Positions 49,656 through 60,092 of a stretch of DNA of 64,000 nt are shown in pieces. The notes under the pieces are model-generated. The model was not told the origin of the DNA and did not search any database. It saw only the letters and a list, made by a program, of their open reading frames with translations. The DNA comes from a bacterium HR34 (lineage in GTDB: Bacteria > Patescibacteriota > Minisyncoccia > Minisyncoccales > HRBIN34), in assembly GCA_002923395.1 (NCBI GenBank), contig BEIK01000002.1, forward strand, positions 1,965-65,964, given 5' to 3'. The position numbers were made by a program, and so were the translations under genes. The stretch's first letter is position 1, and the number at the start of each line of letters is the position of its first letter.

Positions 49656-50015
49656 ATGAATTATTATAATAAACCTTCAAAATTTCCTTTAATTGTTGGA
49701 GTGGTTATAATTTTTTTAAGTTTAAGTTTTACATTTTTTATAATATACAGTATTTTCAAAAAAGAGGCAAGAGAACAAAAAATTAAAGATCAGGTGGTGG
49801 AATTGCAAAGGAAAATAGAAGAACTTGAAAGTAAAAAGAAATCATTTGAAAATATTGAAGCATCTTTGGGAAATAATTATTTTTTTGAGAAAGAAGTCCG
49901 TTTGAAACTAAACTTAAAAAAACCCGGAGAAAAGGTTATAACTATTTTAAGGGAAGAAAATAATAAAAAAGAGGAAGAGAAAAAAACTCCCTGGTGGCAG
50001 ATTTTTAATAAATAA
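49656..50015 (+). CDS. Septum formation initiator (FtsB/DivIC-like)
   Basis: TM helix, coiled coil and EKE.R.KLNL.KPGE motif. Confidence 0.85.
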   Translation: MNYYNKPSKFPLIVGVVIIFLSLSFTFFIIYSIFKKEAREQKIKDQVVELQRKIEELESKKKSFENIEASLGNNYFFEKEVRLKLNLKKPGEKVITILREENNKKEEEKKTPWWQIFNK

Positions 50016-50019
50016 TTTT

Positions 50020-50090
50020 GCGGGTATGGTGCAACGGCAACACGCTTCCTTCCCAAGGAAGAAATACGGGTTCGACTCCCGTTACCCGCA
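50020..50090 (+). tRNA. tRNA-Gly(CCC)
   Basis: GCGGGTA/TACCCGC acceptor, CTTCC-TTCCCAA-GGAAG anticodon arm, discriminator A73. Confidence 0.93.
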
Positions 50091-50111
50091 CAAATTATAC
50101 ACATTAACAAT

Positions 50112-50258
50112 ATGGCAAGATTTGTTGATATAGAAACTCCATATTCGGGATATTTAGGGAATAATGAAGAAGAAATCAAACGGAATCTTCTTTATGCTAG
50201 AATGTGCACAAGAGGCAGTTTGTTGCATATAGAAATACCTTCATTCTCGAGAACATGA
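50112..50258 (+). pseudogene. Truncated gene resembling phage-associated 'IESPY.G...N..YAR.C' proteins
   Basis: MARFVDIETPYSGYLGNNEEEIKRNLLYARMCTRGSLL...* stops after 48 aa. Confidence 0.5.
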
Positions 50259-50310
50259 GAATATTATTTAGGATAATTTCTTTTATATTTTTATTTTTCC
50301 TTTAAAGTAG

Positions 50311-50846
50311 TCAAGAAAATTTTACTTTAAAAATTGAGTAAATTCTTTCATTTCTTTTTGGTATAGTTTTATTTTTTCTTCTCTTTTTTCTTCCGGGATT
50401 ACTGATAATATTTCATTTCCTATAGATGCTAATTTAAATCCATAACCGATCGGGTTTATACCAAGCATAACATCATAATCTACTTTTCTATTCTCGTAAA
50501 AACATACTTAAAAGATTTATGACCATCTTTTGATATTCTAAAACTTTTCTTTCAACATCTTTTCTTACTCATACCAATTTTCAATCAAAGGTTCTTCTGG
50601 TTTTATTAATATCCATGGTCCTATCTGTCTGTCTTTTTCAAAATGTCCTTCACAAGATTGCACTGTTCTTATTTTATAAGCATTGAGCATTATAACAGTT
50701 TCTTTAATATTTTCTTCTATTTTCATACCCAGATTATCTCTTAGATTTTCTACCATATTTTTTATTTTGTTTAATTATTCTTGAGCTTTCTCATTCCATT
50801 CTTCTTTTACTACTCTTTCTTTAGGATTGTATTTTTCTCCTTCCAT
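50311..50846 (-). pseudogene. Disrupted hypothetical gene containing a SCEGH motif
   Basis: MEGEKYNPK...AQE*LNKIKNMVENL...QSCEGH...; protein-like text continues in shifted frames (FYENRKVDYDV...YQKEMKEFTQFLK). Confidence 0.65.
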
Positions 50847-50938
50847 AATGTTATAATATTTGTTGATTTTTATAATTTTATAATGTAACCTTTATTTATT
50901 AAATTTTATTATAAACCTTTTCTTAAATCAAAACTTTT

Positions 50939-51595
50939 ATGACACTTTTTGTGGTTCCAACTCCAATAGGAAATTTAAAAGATATAACTTTTAGAGCAGT
51001 TGAGGTTTTAAAATCTGTTGATTATATTATATGCGAAGACACAAGAAGAACTAAGATATTACTCAACCACTATGATATTAAAGACAAAAAATTAATTTCA
51101 TATTTCGCTCCAAAAGAAGACTTAAAAATTCCCAAAATTCTTGAACTTCTAAAAGAAAAAGATGCCGCTTTGGTTGTTGACGCCGGCTTCCCTGGTGTTT
51201 CAGATCCGGGGCACAAATTAATTAATAAATGCTTAGAAAAAGATATAAAAGTTGAGGTTTTACCAGGACCTTCTGCTTTTTTAACTGCTTTAATAGGCTC
51301 TGGTCTTCCAACAAATAAATTTTTATTTTTAGGTTTTCTTCCTAAAAAAGGCTTGCAAAACTATTTACTAAAATTCAAAGATATAGATGCCACTTTAATT
51401 TTTTATGATTCTCCTCAAAGGTTATCGAAAAATCTTAATGTTATTAAAAATGTTTTTGGCAATGCAAAAGTTGTTGTTGCCAGAGAACTTACCAAAGTTT
51501 TTGAGGAATACATAAGAGGAACAATAGATGAAGTTTTAAATATCATTTCGGAAAAGAAAATAAGAGGTGAGGTGACAGTGATATTAAAAATATAA
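50939..51595 (+). CDS. rsmI: 16S rRNA C1402 2'-O-methyltransferase
   Basis: TPIGNL.DIT.RA, EDTR, DAG.P.VSDPG and RELTK.FEE motifs. Confidence 0.96.
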   Translation: MTLFVVPTPIGNLKDITFRAVEVLKSVDYIICEDTRRTKILLNHYDIKDKKLISYFAPKEDLKIPKILELLKEKDAALVVDAGFPGVSDPGHKLINKCLEKDIKVEVLPGPSAFLTALIGSGLPTNKFLFLGFLPKKGLQNYLLKFKDIDATLIFYDSPQRLSKNLNVIKNVFGNAKVVVARELTKVFEEYIRGTIDEVLNIISEKKIRGEVTVILKI

Positions 51596-51600
51596 GAAAC

Positions 51601-52161
51601 TTAAACCCTTCTTACATATTCTCCTGTTTCTGTATTTATTTCTATAACATCACCTTCTTCAACAAATAAAGGAACATTGATTGTAGCACCTGTTTCAATT
51701 TCAACTTGTTTTGTTCCTCCTTGTGCTCTATCGCCTTTGATTCCTGGAGGAGCTGACACAACTTTTAACTGTACTTTTATTGGCAACTCTACGCCTACTA
51801 TATTATTATTAAACTTTATTGCTTTCACATCCATGCCGGTTTTTAAAAATTTTTTAGCATCACCAATAATATTTTCATCAAGTTCAAATCTATTTGCTTT
51901 GTTTCCTTTTTCGCAAAAAACATATCTGCCTCTGTGACTATATATAAATTCAGCATCTGTTTTTTCTATCTCAGCCTCTTCAAACTCATCGCTTGCGTGG
52001 AATGTTTGAGTTAGAAACTCACCAGATATTAAATTTTTTATTTTAACTTTTACTACCGCTTGCCCTCCTGCTCTTTTAATAAGGTTGTATTCTAAAACAA
52101 TATAAGGATTATTTTTATAAATGAAAATAGTTCCTTTTTTAAGATCAGTATAACTCAACAT
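51601..52161 (-). CDS. efp: Elongation factor P
   Basis: PG.KGD...GG.K, ETG....VPLF and T.TGEY..R motifs. Confidence 0.95.
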   Translation of the reverse strand: MLSYTDLKKGTIFIYKNNPYIVLEYNLIKRAGGQAVVKVKIKNLISGEFLTQTFHASDEFEEAEIEKTDAEFIYSHRGRYVFCEKGNKANRFELDENIIGDAKKFLKTGMDVKAIKFNNNIVGVELPIKVQLKVVSAPPGIKGDRAQGGTKQVEIETGATINVPLFVEEGDVIEINTETGEYVRRV

Positions 52162-52234
52162 AAGTAACTTTATTTTTTAATAAATTGTGATATAATAAAA
52201 ATATAAAAAAATTAAAATAAATTCAAGTTCTAAA

Positions 52235-54943
52235 ATGATTGGAGGAAATTTTACAAACAAAGCTCAGGAAGCTTTACTTTTGGCTCAAAACATTTCAAAA
52301 AAACATCGACATCAACAAGTAGATGCCCTTCATTTGTTATTGGCTTTACTTGAACAAGAAGGGACGATTGTAACATCAATGTTAACAAAGCTTGGTGTTG
52401 ATTTTGAAGATTTAAAACAAAAAACAATAAAACAAATAACAAGAATGCCACCTATATTCGCGCCTAATATTGCAGGCCAACTTTATCTTACCCAAGATAT
52501 GGCAAGTGTTTTAGAGCAAGCAAAAGAAGAAGCATTTGCTATGGGAGATGAGTTTATATCTGTTGAGCATTTGTTTTTGGCATTGTTGGAAGTTCCAACA
52601 AAAGCAAAAAGTATTTTGGATACGGTAACAGTAATTGATACATCTGGGGGTTCAGGGCAGGTGTCATTTCAAAAACTTACAAAAGAAAAAGTTTTGAAAA
52701 TTCTTTCAGATTTAAGAGGCGGGGTGAAAATAACTTCACCTGAACCTGAGGCAACTTTCGAAGTTATTGAAAAATATACAGTCAACCTAACTGATGAAGC
52801 AAGGAAAGGAAAGCTTGATCCTGTTGTTGGAAGAGAAGAAGAAATGAGAAGAGTAATGCAAATACTTTGCAGAAGAACAAAAAACAACCCTGTTTTAATA
52901 GGAGAGCCCGGTGTTGGAAAGACAGCAATTGTTGAAGGATTAGCCCAAAAAATTGTTAAAGGAGAAGTTCCTGAAAGTTTGCGTGACAAAGAAATAATTT
53001 CTTTAGATATGGGCGCTTTAATAGCAGGAACAAAGTATCGTGGTGAGTTTGAAGAAAGAGCAAAAGCGCTACTAAAAGAAATTAAAAGAGCAGGAGGAAG
53101 ATATATTTTGTTTATCGACGAAATCCATACATTGGTTGGAGCAGGAGGAGCAGAAGGCGCAATTCAAATGCAAGATTTACTAAAACCAGCCTTGGCAAGG
53201 GGAGAATTAAGGTCAATAGGAGCAACAACCTTAAATGAATATCAAAAATATATAGAAAAAGACGCTGCTTTGGAAAGAAGATTCCAACCTGTTTATGTTT
53301 CAGAACCATCAATAGAAGATACGATAACTATATTAAGAGGTATAAAAGAAAAATACGAGGCTCATCATGGTATTAAAATTTTAGACGAAGCAATAGTAGC
53401 AGCTGTAAATTTGTCCGCAAGATATATTACCGATAGATTTTTACCAGACAAAGCAATAGATTTGTTAGATGAAGCTTGTGCTGCTTTAAGAATGGAAATA
53501 GAATCAAAACCAGAAGAACTTGAAAAAGTTGAAAAAGAAATACAAAAATTTGAAATGGAAATGGAAGCAATTAAAAAAGAAAAAGGTGCGTCAATTCAAA
53601 AAAGATTAAAGGCAATTCAAAGGCAAATAGCAGATTTACTCGAAAAGAAAAAGCACGTAGAAATGAAATGGGAAACGGAAAGAAATTTAATAAAAGAAAT
53701 AAAAGATATAAAAAGAGAAATAGATAACACTTACTTTCAAATAGATTTAGCCCAAAGAGAAGGGGATTTGCAAACAGCAGCGGAATTTAAATACGGAAGA
53801 TTGCCAGAATTAATGAAACAACTTTCAGAGAAAGAAAAAAAACTTAGAAAAATACAATCTAACAAGCCATTATTAAAAGAGCAGGTAACTCAAGAAGATA
53901 TAGCCGCCGTTGTTTCAAGGTGGACGGGAATTCCTGTTACAAGGCTTGTTGAGGATGAAGCAAAAAAACTTTTGAAGATAGAAGAATATTTATCAAAAAG
54001 AGTTGTTGGGCAGGAAGAAGCAATAAAAGCATTAGCAAACGCTATAAGAAGGGCAAGGGCGGGAGTTGCAGAGGAAAAAAGACCATTAGGATCTTTTATG
54101 TTTTTGGGTCCAACAGGAGTTGGTAAAACAGAAACAGCAAGAGCGCTCGCAGAGTTTTTGTTTAACGATGAAAACGCAATGATAAGGCTTGATATGTCAG
54201 AGTATATGGAAAAGCACGCTGTATCGAAAATAATAGGTTCTCCCCCAGGCTATGTTGGTTATGAAGAAGGCGGTCAGTTAACAGAAAAAGTAAGAAGAAG
54301 ACCTTACAGTGTTATTCTTTTTGATGAAATAGAAAAAGCACATCCAGAAGTATTCAACATTTTACTTCAAATTTTAGAAGATGGCAGGCTAACAGACGCC
54401 AAAGGCAGAGTTGTTTCTTTCAAGAACACTATCTTAATAATGACCTCTAACATTGGCTCAGAATACATTATCCAAATGGCTCCAATGGGTTTTGTTGAAG
54501 AGCAAATAAGTGAAGAGGATATAAAAGAAATAAAAGAATCAGTAAAAGCAAAGGTTTTTGATTCTCTAAGGGAGTACTTCAAGCCAGAGTTTTTAAACAG
54601 AATAGATGAGATTATAATCTTTAATTATCTTGGTAAGACAGAAATAAGGCAAATAGTTGAATTAGAACTTCAAAAAGTTGCCAAAAGATTAGATCAAAAA
54701 GACATTACTTTATCTTTTGACCCAAAAATAAAAGACTATCTTGCTGAGAAGGGTTTTAATAGGGAACTTGGAGCGAGGCCATTGAGAAGAGTTATTCAAA
54801 AAGAAGTTTTAGATAAACTTGCATGGTATATAATAGAAGGTTCAGTTAAAGAAGGAGATAGGGTACATGTTAGTTTTGATCCTAAAAAGCAAGAAGTTGT
54901 TTTCAGCGCCAGTAAGAACGCAAAAGTTAAACAAGAAGCATAA
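52235..54943 (+). CDS. clpB: ATP-dependent chaperone ClpB
   Basis: Clp N-domain, two AAA+ modules ([16 protein letters not shown]) and a long coiled-coil M domain. Confidence 0.93.
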   Translation: MIGGNFTNKAQEALLLAQNISKKHRHQQVDALHLLLALLEQEGTIVTSMLTKLGVDFEDLKQKTIKQITRMPPIFAPNIAGQLYLTQDMASVLEQAKEEAFAMGDEFISVEHLFLALLEVPTKAKSILDTVTVIDTSGGSGQVSFQKLTKEKVLKILSDLRGGVKITSPEPEATFEVIEKYTVNLTDEARKGKLDPVVGREEEMRRVMQILCRRTKNNPVLIGEPGVGKTAIVEGLAQKIVKGEVPESLRDKEIISLDMGALIAGTKYRGEFEERAKALLKEIKRAGGRYILFIDEIHTLVGAGGAEGAIQMQDLLKPALARGELRSIGATTLNEYQKYIEKDAALERRFQPVYVSEPSIEDTITILRGIKEKYEAHHGIKILDEAIVAAVNLSARYITDRFLPDKAIDLLDEACAALRMEIESKPEELEKVEKEIQKFEMEMEAIKKEKGASIQKRLKAIQRQIADLLEKKKHVEMKWETERNLIKEIKDIKREIDNTYFQIDLAQREGDLQTAAEFKYGRLPELMKQLSEKEKKLRKIQSNKPLLKEQVTQEDIAAVVSRWTGIPVTRLVEDEAKKLLKIEEYLSKRVVGQEEAIKALANAIRRARAGVAEEKRPLGSFMFLGPTGVGKTETARALAEFLFNDENAMIRLDMSEYMEKHAVSKIIGSPPGYVGYEEGGQLTEKVRRRPYSVILFDEIEKAHPEVFNILLQILEDGRLTDAKGRVVSFKNTILIMTSNIGSEYIIQMAPMGFVEEQISEEDIKEIKESVKAKVFDSLREYFKPEFLNRIDEIIIFNYLGKTEIRQIVELELQKVAKRLDQKDITLSFDPKIKDYLAEKGFNRELGARPLRRVIQKEVLDKLAWYIIEGSVKEGDRVHVSFDPKKQEVVFSASKNAKVKQEA

Positions 54944-54948
54944 GTTTA

Positions 54949-54977
54949 TTGACAATTTAAGTTAAAATTAATTTAAT
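54949..54977 (+). promoter_or_regulatory. Sigma70-type promoter
   Basis: TTGACA-N17-TTTAAT. Confidence 0.5.
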
Positions 54978-54993
54978 TTTATAATAACTAAAA

Positions 54994-55995
54994 ATGGATT
55001 ATCAAAACATTTGTAAAAAATTAATCCAACCACTTCCATCAAAATATCAAGATGTGATAGCAAACAGATTTGGTTTAGGTGGTGGCACAAAAACTACCTT
55101 ACAGGCACTAGGCAACAAATATAATATTACAAGAGAAAGGGTAAGGCAGATTCAAAATAGAGCTTTATCTCTGATAAAACAGACAAATAAAAAAATTATA
55201 GAGGAGGCAGCAAAAGAAATAGAATATGTCTTGAAAAAGGAAGGTGGAATTAAAAGAGAAGACATCTTACTTGAAAAAGTTGACAAAGAGAACGCTAACG
55301 AGGTTTTCTTTCTACTACACTTAGCAGATCCTTTTTATAGAGGAGGTGGGAATGAAAAAATTCATTTTGTTTGGTCTATTGGAAAAGAAAAAGTTGACGA
55401 AGCAGAACAATTTATAACTGATATAATAGAGCAATTAGAAGATATAGGAGAGCCTGTTTCTTTGGTTGATTTAGATATACCAAAAAATCTTGATAGAAAA
55501 TGGATAAACTCTGTTATAGAAGCGTCCAAAACAATTCAATTTACAAGAGATGATCTTGTTGGTCTTTATTTTTGGCCAGAAGTAAACCCTAAATATATAA
55601 GGGATAAAGCATATTATGTTTTAAAAAGAGAAGGAAAACCTTTACATTTTGTTGATATAGCCAAAAAAATAAATGAAATTTTCTTTCAAAATGATAAAAG
55701 AGCGCAGACAAATGTCAAAACAGTTCACAACGAATTAATAAAAGATGAAAGATTTGTTTTAATAGGAAGAGGGTTGTATGCTCTATCAGAATGGGGCTAT
55801 CAACCAGGATTTACAAAAGAAATTATCGCGAGAGTTTTAAAGGAAGCGGGAAAACCTCTGTCTTTTGAAGAAATTAAAAACAAAGTATTACTTCAAAGAA
55901 AAATAAAAGAAAATACAATTATTTCTGTTTTGTCTAACAACAGAAATATATTTTTAAGAACAGAAGATGGCAAATATTATTTAAAGGATGAGTAA
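54994..55995 (+). CDS. Sigma70 region-4 HTH fused to RpoE/HARE-type winged-HTH domains
   Basis: RFGL...TLQ.LG....ITRERVRQI and VLK..GKPLHF..IA...HNELI.D.RFV..GRG.YAL.EW motifs. Confidence 0.8.
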   Translation: MDYQNICKKLIQPLPSKYQDVIANRFGLGGGTKTTLQALGNKYNITRERVRQIQNRALSLIKQTNKKIIEEAAKEIEYVLKKEGGIKREDILLEKVDKENANEVFFLLHLADPFYRGGGNEKIHFVWSIGKEKVDEAEQFITDIIEQLEDIGEPVSLVDLDIPKNLDRKWINSVIEASKTIQFTRDDLVGLYFWPEVNPKYIRDKAYYVLKREGKPLHFVDIAKKINEIFFQNDKRAQTNVKTVHNELIKDERFVLIGRGLYALSEWGYQPGFTKEIIARVLKEAGKPLSFEEIKNKVLLQRKIKENTIISVLSNNRNIFLRTEDGKYYLKDE

Positions 55996-56008
55996 CTCTT
56001 TTTGAATT

Positions 56009-57367
56009 ATGGATGCTCTTTCCATTTTACAATTTTTGCAATATGTGTCTAGTTTAGTAAAACCAATAAAAGAATTTCTCATGAATTTTTTAATAGATTG
56101 GTGGTGGTTAATTGCGCCTTTTATCCTATGGAGACCTTTTTATTTGTTATGGCATTGGTGGAGAAATGAAATTTTCTTTTCTTATATAAAGTTTGTTTTT
56201 CTGGAGGTTATTCTTCCAAAAGAAACAAAAAAACCTTTAAGGGCAATGGAGCAGGTTATAAGTAGTATATGGGGTAGTGTTTATGATCCTCCAGATTGGT
56301 GGGAAGAGCATATAGAAGGTAAGGTTATTTTAAGTGTAGTTTTTGAGATTATAAGTTTGGAGGGTAAAATTCATTTTTTTATAAGGGTGCCAGAACGCGC
56401 TAGGGCAGGCGTAGAATCATCTATTTATTCTCAATATCCTGACGCTGAAATCATAGAAGTAGACGATTACACAAAATATGTTCCTCAGGACATTCCAAAT
56501 AAAGATTGGGATTGCTGGGGTTTCGACGTCCAACTTTTAAAACCAGAAGTTTATCCAATTAGGACCTATGAAATGTTTTTTGAGGAAAGACCTGAAACAA
56601 CAGAAGAAAAAAGATTAGACCCTCTCTCTCCACTTTTAGAGGGTATGACAAAATTAAATAAAGGAGAGCATATGTGGCTTCAAATAGTAGTAAAGCCAAT
56701 AGCGCCGGCAGATTATCCTTATCCAGAAATTGGCAAAAAAGAAGTAAATAAATTAATGAAAAGAGTTAAGGAAGAAAAAAAAGGAACTAAAAGTTTAATA
56801 GAAATGATAATAGATGAATTTATTTTTTTGTTTACAGGCAAAAAGCCTCCAACAGAAGCTCAAAAATCTGCTGAAACAAGCGCGCTTTTTACAGAGTATA
56901 TTTTTGGCTTAACAGAGGACGAAAGAAAAGTTATAGCAGCGATAGAGAAGAAAGTAAGTAAATTTTGTTTTATGGGATTTATAAGGTTCTTGCATGTATA
57001 TAAAAGAGATTCTGTTAGTACCGCTGCAAAACCTGTAGTTATTGGTTTTCTTGAGTCATTATCAACAACAAACCTAAATACAATGAAGCCTTGGGGTGAA
57101 ACTATCACAAAGGTTCATAAACACTGGTTCTTACCTTACAATTTATTTTTACCACGACTTTTATATCTTAAAAAAAGAAAAATGTTTAATAATTATATGA
57201 TGAGAGTGCCACCTAAATTTCCAAACCCCGGAGGGACATTCATTTTAAATACCGAAGAATTAGCAACATTATTTCATTTCCCAAGCAGAGACATATCGCC
57301 AGTGCCGTTTATTAGGAGAGTTGAGGCTACGAAAGGAATACCCCCTTCAACTATACCATTAGAATAA
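56009..57367 (+). CDS. Hypothetical membrane protein, probable partner of the downstream ATPase
   Basis: N-terminal TM; FEI.S..G...F, Y.QYP..EI.EV.DY, YPI.TY..F and LN.EELATLFHFP motifs. Confidence 0.7.
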   Translation: MDALSILQFLQYVSSLVKPIKEFLMNFLIDWWWLIAPFILWRPFYLLWHWWRNEIFFSYIKFVFLEVILPKETKKPLRAMEQVISSIWGSVYDPPDWWEEHIEGKVILSVVFEIISLEGKIHFFIRVPERARAGVESSIYSQYPDAEIIEVDDYTKYVPQDIPNKDWDCWGFDVQLLKPEVYPIRTYEMFFEERPETTEEKRLDPLSPLLEGMTKLNKGEHMWLQIVVKPIAPADYPYPEIGKKEVNKLMKRVKEEKKGTKSLIEMIIDEFIFLFTGKKPPTEAQKSAETSALFTEYIFGLTEDERKVIAAIEKKVSKFCFMGFIRFLHVYKRDSVSTAAKPVVIGFLESLSTTNLNTMKPWGETITKVHKHWFLPYNLFLPRLLYLKKRKMFNNYMMRVPPKFPNPGGTFILNTEELATLFHFPSRDISPVPFIRRVEATKGIPPSTIPLE

Positions 57368-57371
57368 AAGT

Positions 57372-58985
57372 ATGATTTTAAAAGACATACAAGACAACAA
57401 ACTAATACCAAAAAAAGATCTTTGTATAATGGGAGAGATAAACTTTAGAAATACAAAGCGTCGTTTTGGAATAAAATTAGACGACAGAAGACGCCATATC
57501 TATAGTGTTGGTAAAACAGGTATGGGTAAAACAGAATTTTTAAAATCAATGGCAATTCAAGATATTTTGGTTGGCCACGGAGTTGCTTTTATTGACCCCC
57601 ATGGTGACGCTGCCGACTCCCTTTTAGATTTTATTCCAGAACAAAGGCAAAAAGATGTTATCTATTTTAATCCTTCTGATGTAGATTACCCTATTGCTTT
57701 TAACATAATGGAGAACGTTGACTACAAAAATAGGCATCTTGTTGCAGGTGGTCTTTTAGGGATATTTAAAAAACTTTGGCCTGATGTTTGGTCTCCAAGA
57801 ATGGAATATATTTTAAACAACTGCATTTTAGCTCTTTTGGAAACCCCAGACGCGACTCTTTTGGGAATAAACAAACTTTTAGCAAACGAAGAATACAGGA
57901 AAAAAGTTTTAACCTATGTTAAAGATCCTGTTGTAAAATCGTTCTGGTTGCAAGAATTTGCAAGGTACACCCAAAGATACGAAGTTGAAGCAACAGCAGC
58001 GGTTCAAAACAAAATAGGTCAATTCATTTCAATCCCCTTGATAAGAAATATTGTTGGTCAAAAACGTTCAACAATAGATATAAGAAAAATAATGGACGAA
58101 GGAAAAATTTTAATAGTAAATATATCAAAAGGAAAAATAGGCGAAGATCAATCAAACTTATTGGGCGGTTTAATAATTACAAAACTTCAATTGGCAGCAA
58201 TGTCTCGCGTTGACATACCAGAAGATGAGAGAAAAGATTTCTTTTTATATGTAGATGAGTTTCAAAACTTTGCTACCAAATCTTTTGCAACAATTTTATC
58301 AGAAGCGAGAAAATACCGCCTTTCCATTATTTTAACTCACCAATATATATCTCAAATGGAAGAGAGCGTAAGAGATGCCGTTTTTGGGAACGTTGGCACA
58401 ATTGTCTGTTTTAGAGTTGGAGCAGAAGACGCAGAATTTTTGCAAAAAGAATTCGACCCTGTTTTTACAGCAGAAGATCTTGTAAATCTTCCAAAGTATA
58501 ATATGTATGTAAAACTTATGGTAGATGGCGTAACTCAAAGGCCATTTTCGGCCCGAACCCTACCGCCTTTCAAACCGCCAGAATTATCATTTAGAAAAGA
58601 AGTAATAGAAAATTCAAGAAAGCAATACGCTGTTGAAAGAGAAAAAGTTGAAAAAGAAATACTTGCTTTTATAGGAGAGATAAAAGAACCGCCTCAAAGA
58701 TTGAAGTTATACGATGCCATTTGTTCAAACTGCGGTAGAAGAGAAAAGGTGCCGATTGACCCTTCTGTATCGCCGCCTCTTTGTAAATCCTGCCGAAAGA
58801 AAATGGGATTAAGGAAAGAACAAAAAATCCAAAATCAAGCAAGCAAAGCTAACACAATTTCAAATCAAGATAAAAAACCAGATTCTTCAGTTCAAGAACA
58901 ACGAGTTTCTCAAGAGCCACCGCAAGTACAACCGCCTATCAAAAAAGCAGGTTTATTAAAACCTGGCGATAAAGTAATTTTTTAA
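57372..58985 (+). CDS. VirD4/TraD/HerA-like P-loop ATPase with a C-terminal zinc ribbon
   Basis: GKTGMGKT, IDPHGD, YVDEFQNF, EARKY and HQY motifs; C-x2-C-x16-C-x2-C. Confidence 0.88.
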   Translation: MILKDIQDNKLIPKKDLCIMGEINFRNTKRRFGIKLDDRRRHIYSVGKTGMGKTEFLKSMAIQDILVGHGVAFIDPHGDAADSLLDFIPEQRQKDVIYFNPSDVDYPIAFNIMENVDYKNRHLVAGGLLGIFKKLWPDVWSPRMEYILNNCILALLETPDATLLGINKLLANEEYRKKVLTYVKDPVVKSFWLQEFARYTQRYEVEATAAVQNKIGQFISIPLIRNIVGQKRSTIDIRKIMDEGKILIVNISKGKIGEDQSNLLGGLIITKLQLAAMSRVDIPEDERKDFFLYVDEFQNFATKSFATILSEARKYRLSIILTHQYISQMEESVRDAVFGNVGTIVCFRVGAEDAEFLQKEFDPVFTAEDLVNLPKYNMYVKLMVDGVTQRPFSARTLPPFKPPELSFRKEVIENSRKQYAVEREKVEKEILAFIGEIKEPPQRLKLYDAICSNCGRREKVPIDPSVSPPLCKSCRKKMGLRKEQKIQNQASKANTISNQDKKPDSSVQEQRVSQEPPQVQPPIKKAGLLKPGDKVIF

Positions 58986-58995
58986 AAATATACTT

Positions 58996-60033
58996 ATGCT
59001 AAAAATATTTTCAAAAAAAGATATATTCAAGAAAACTGTTTTCTTAAGAGTCGATTTAAACATTTCCCTAAAATCAAAGGAAAGCCATTTTAGAATCGAA
59101 AGAGTTTTACCAACGATAAAAAAACTTCAAAACTATAAAGCAAAAATAATTTTGGCAACTCATATAGGCAGACCAAAATTTCCTTTTCAAAAAGAATTCA
59201 GCACTCGTTTTCTAAAAAATGTTCTATCAAAAAAACTTAAAACTGAAATTATTTATATTCCAGATGTAATAGGCGAAAGGGTAGAGAGCACAATTAAAAA
59301 ATCAGATTACGGCAAAATTCTGCTTCTTGAAAATTTAAGATTTTATGAAGGTGAACTTAAAAATTCTTTGCCTTTTGCCAAAAACTTGTCAAAGTTAGCA
59401 CAAGTTTATGTTTCAGATGCTTTTAGTGTTTGCCACAGAAAACAAGCATCTGTTTACTCCTTGCCAAAACTTTTGCCGTCTTTTGCAGGTCCGCTTTTAT
59501 TTTCAGAAGTAAAAAACTTATATAAAATAAAAAACAACCCAAAACATCCTTGTATAGTCATTTTAGGCGGTAAAAAAGTAGACGATAAAGTAAAATCAAT
59601 AAAAGGTTTTTTAAAATTTGCAGATTATATTTTAGTTAATAATTTAGCCCAAATAGAAATACAAAAAAACTACCCAAAACTTTCGAAAAATAAAAAAATA
59701 ATTTTCCCCTTAGATACAAACAAAGATTTAGATATAGGAGAAAAAACAATAGAACTATTTTCAAACTACATTTACAAAGCAAAAAGCGTTGTTTGGTCAG
59801 GTCCATTAGGAAAGTTCGAAGATAAAAAATATGCAAAAGGGAGCATAGCCGTTGCAAAAACCATAATAAAATCAAAAGCATTTTCAGTAATAGGAGGCGG
59901 CCAGACAATAGAATTTGCAACAAAGTATAAGTTTTTAAATAAGTTCTCGTTTGTATCAACTGGTGGCGGCGCTATGTTGCACTTTTTGGCAGGTAACCCT
60001 ATGCCGGGACTAAAAGCCCTTTCAGAAAAATAA
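58996..60033 (+). CDS. pgk: Phosphoglycerate kinase (short, divergent)
   Basis: RVDLN, HIGRP, LENLRF, DAF...HR, W.GP.G.FE and STGGGA motifs. Confidence 0.92.
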   Translation: MLKIFSKKDIFKKTVFLRVDLNISLKSKESHFRIERVLPTIKKLQNYKAKIILATHIGRPKFPFQKEFSTRFLKNVLSKKLKTEIIYIPDVIGERVESTIKKSDYGKILLLENLRFYEGELKNSLPFAKNLSKLAQVYVSDAFSVCHRKQASVYSLPKLLPSFAGPLLFSEVKNLYKIKNNPKHPCIVILGGKKVDDKVKSIKGFLKFADYILVNNLAQIEIQKNYPKLSKNKKIIFPLDTNKDLDIGEKTIELFSNYIYKAKSVVWSGPLGKFEDKKYAKGSIAVAKTIIKSKAFSVIGGGQTIEFATKYKFLNKFSFVSTGGGAMLHFLAGNPMPGLKALSEK

Positions 60034-60041
60034 AAGTTATT

Positions 60042-60070
60042 TTGACATCACTTCTCTTATTTAATAAAAT
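60042..60070 (+). promoter_or_regulatory. Sigma70-type promoter upstream of recJ
   Basis: TTGACA-N17-TAAAAT. Confidence 0.7.
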
Positions 60071-60092
60071 AATCTCTTAGCCAATTTTAATT

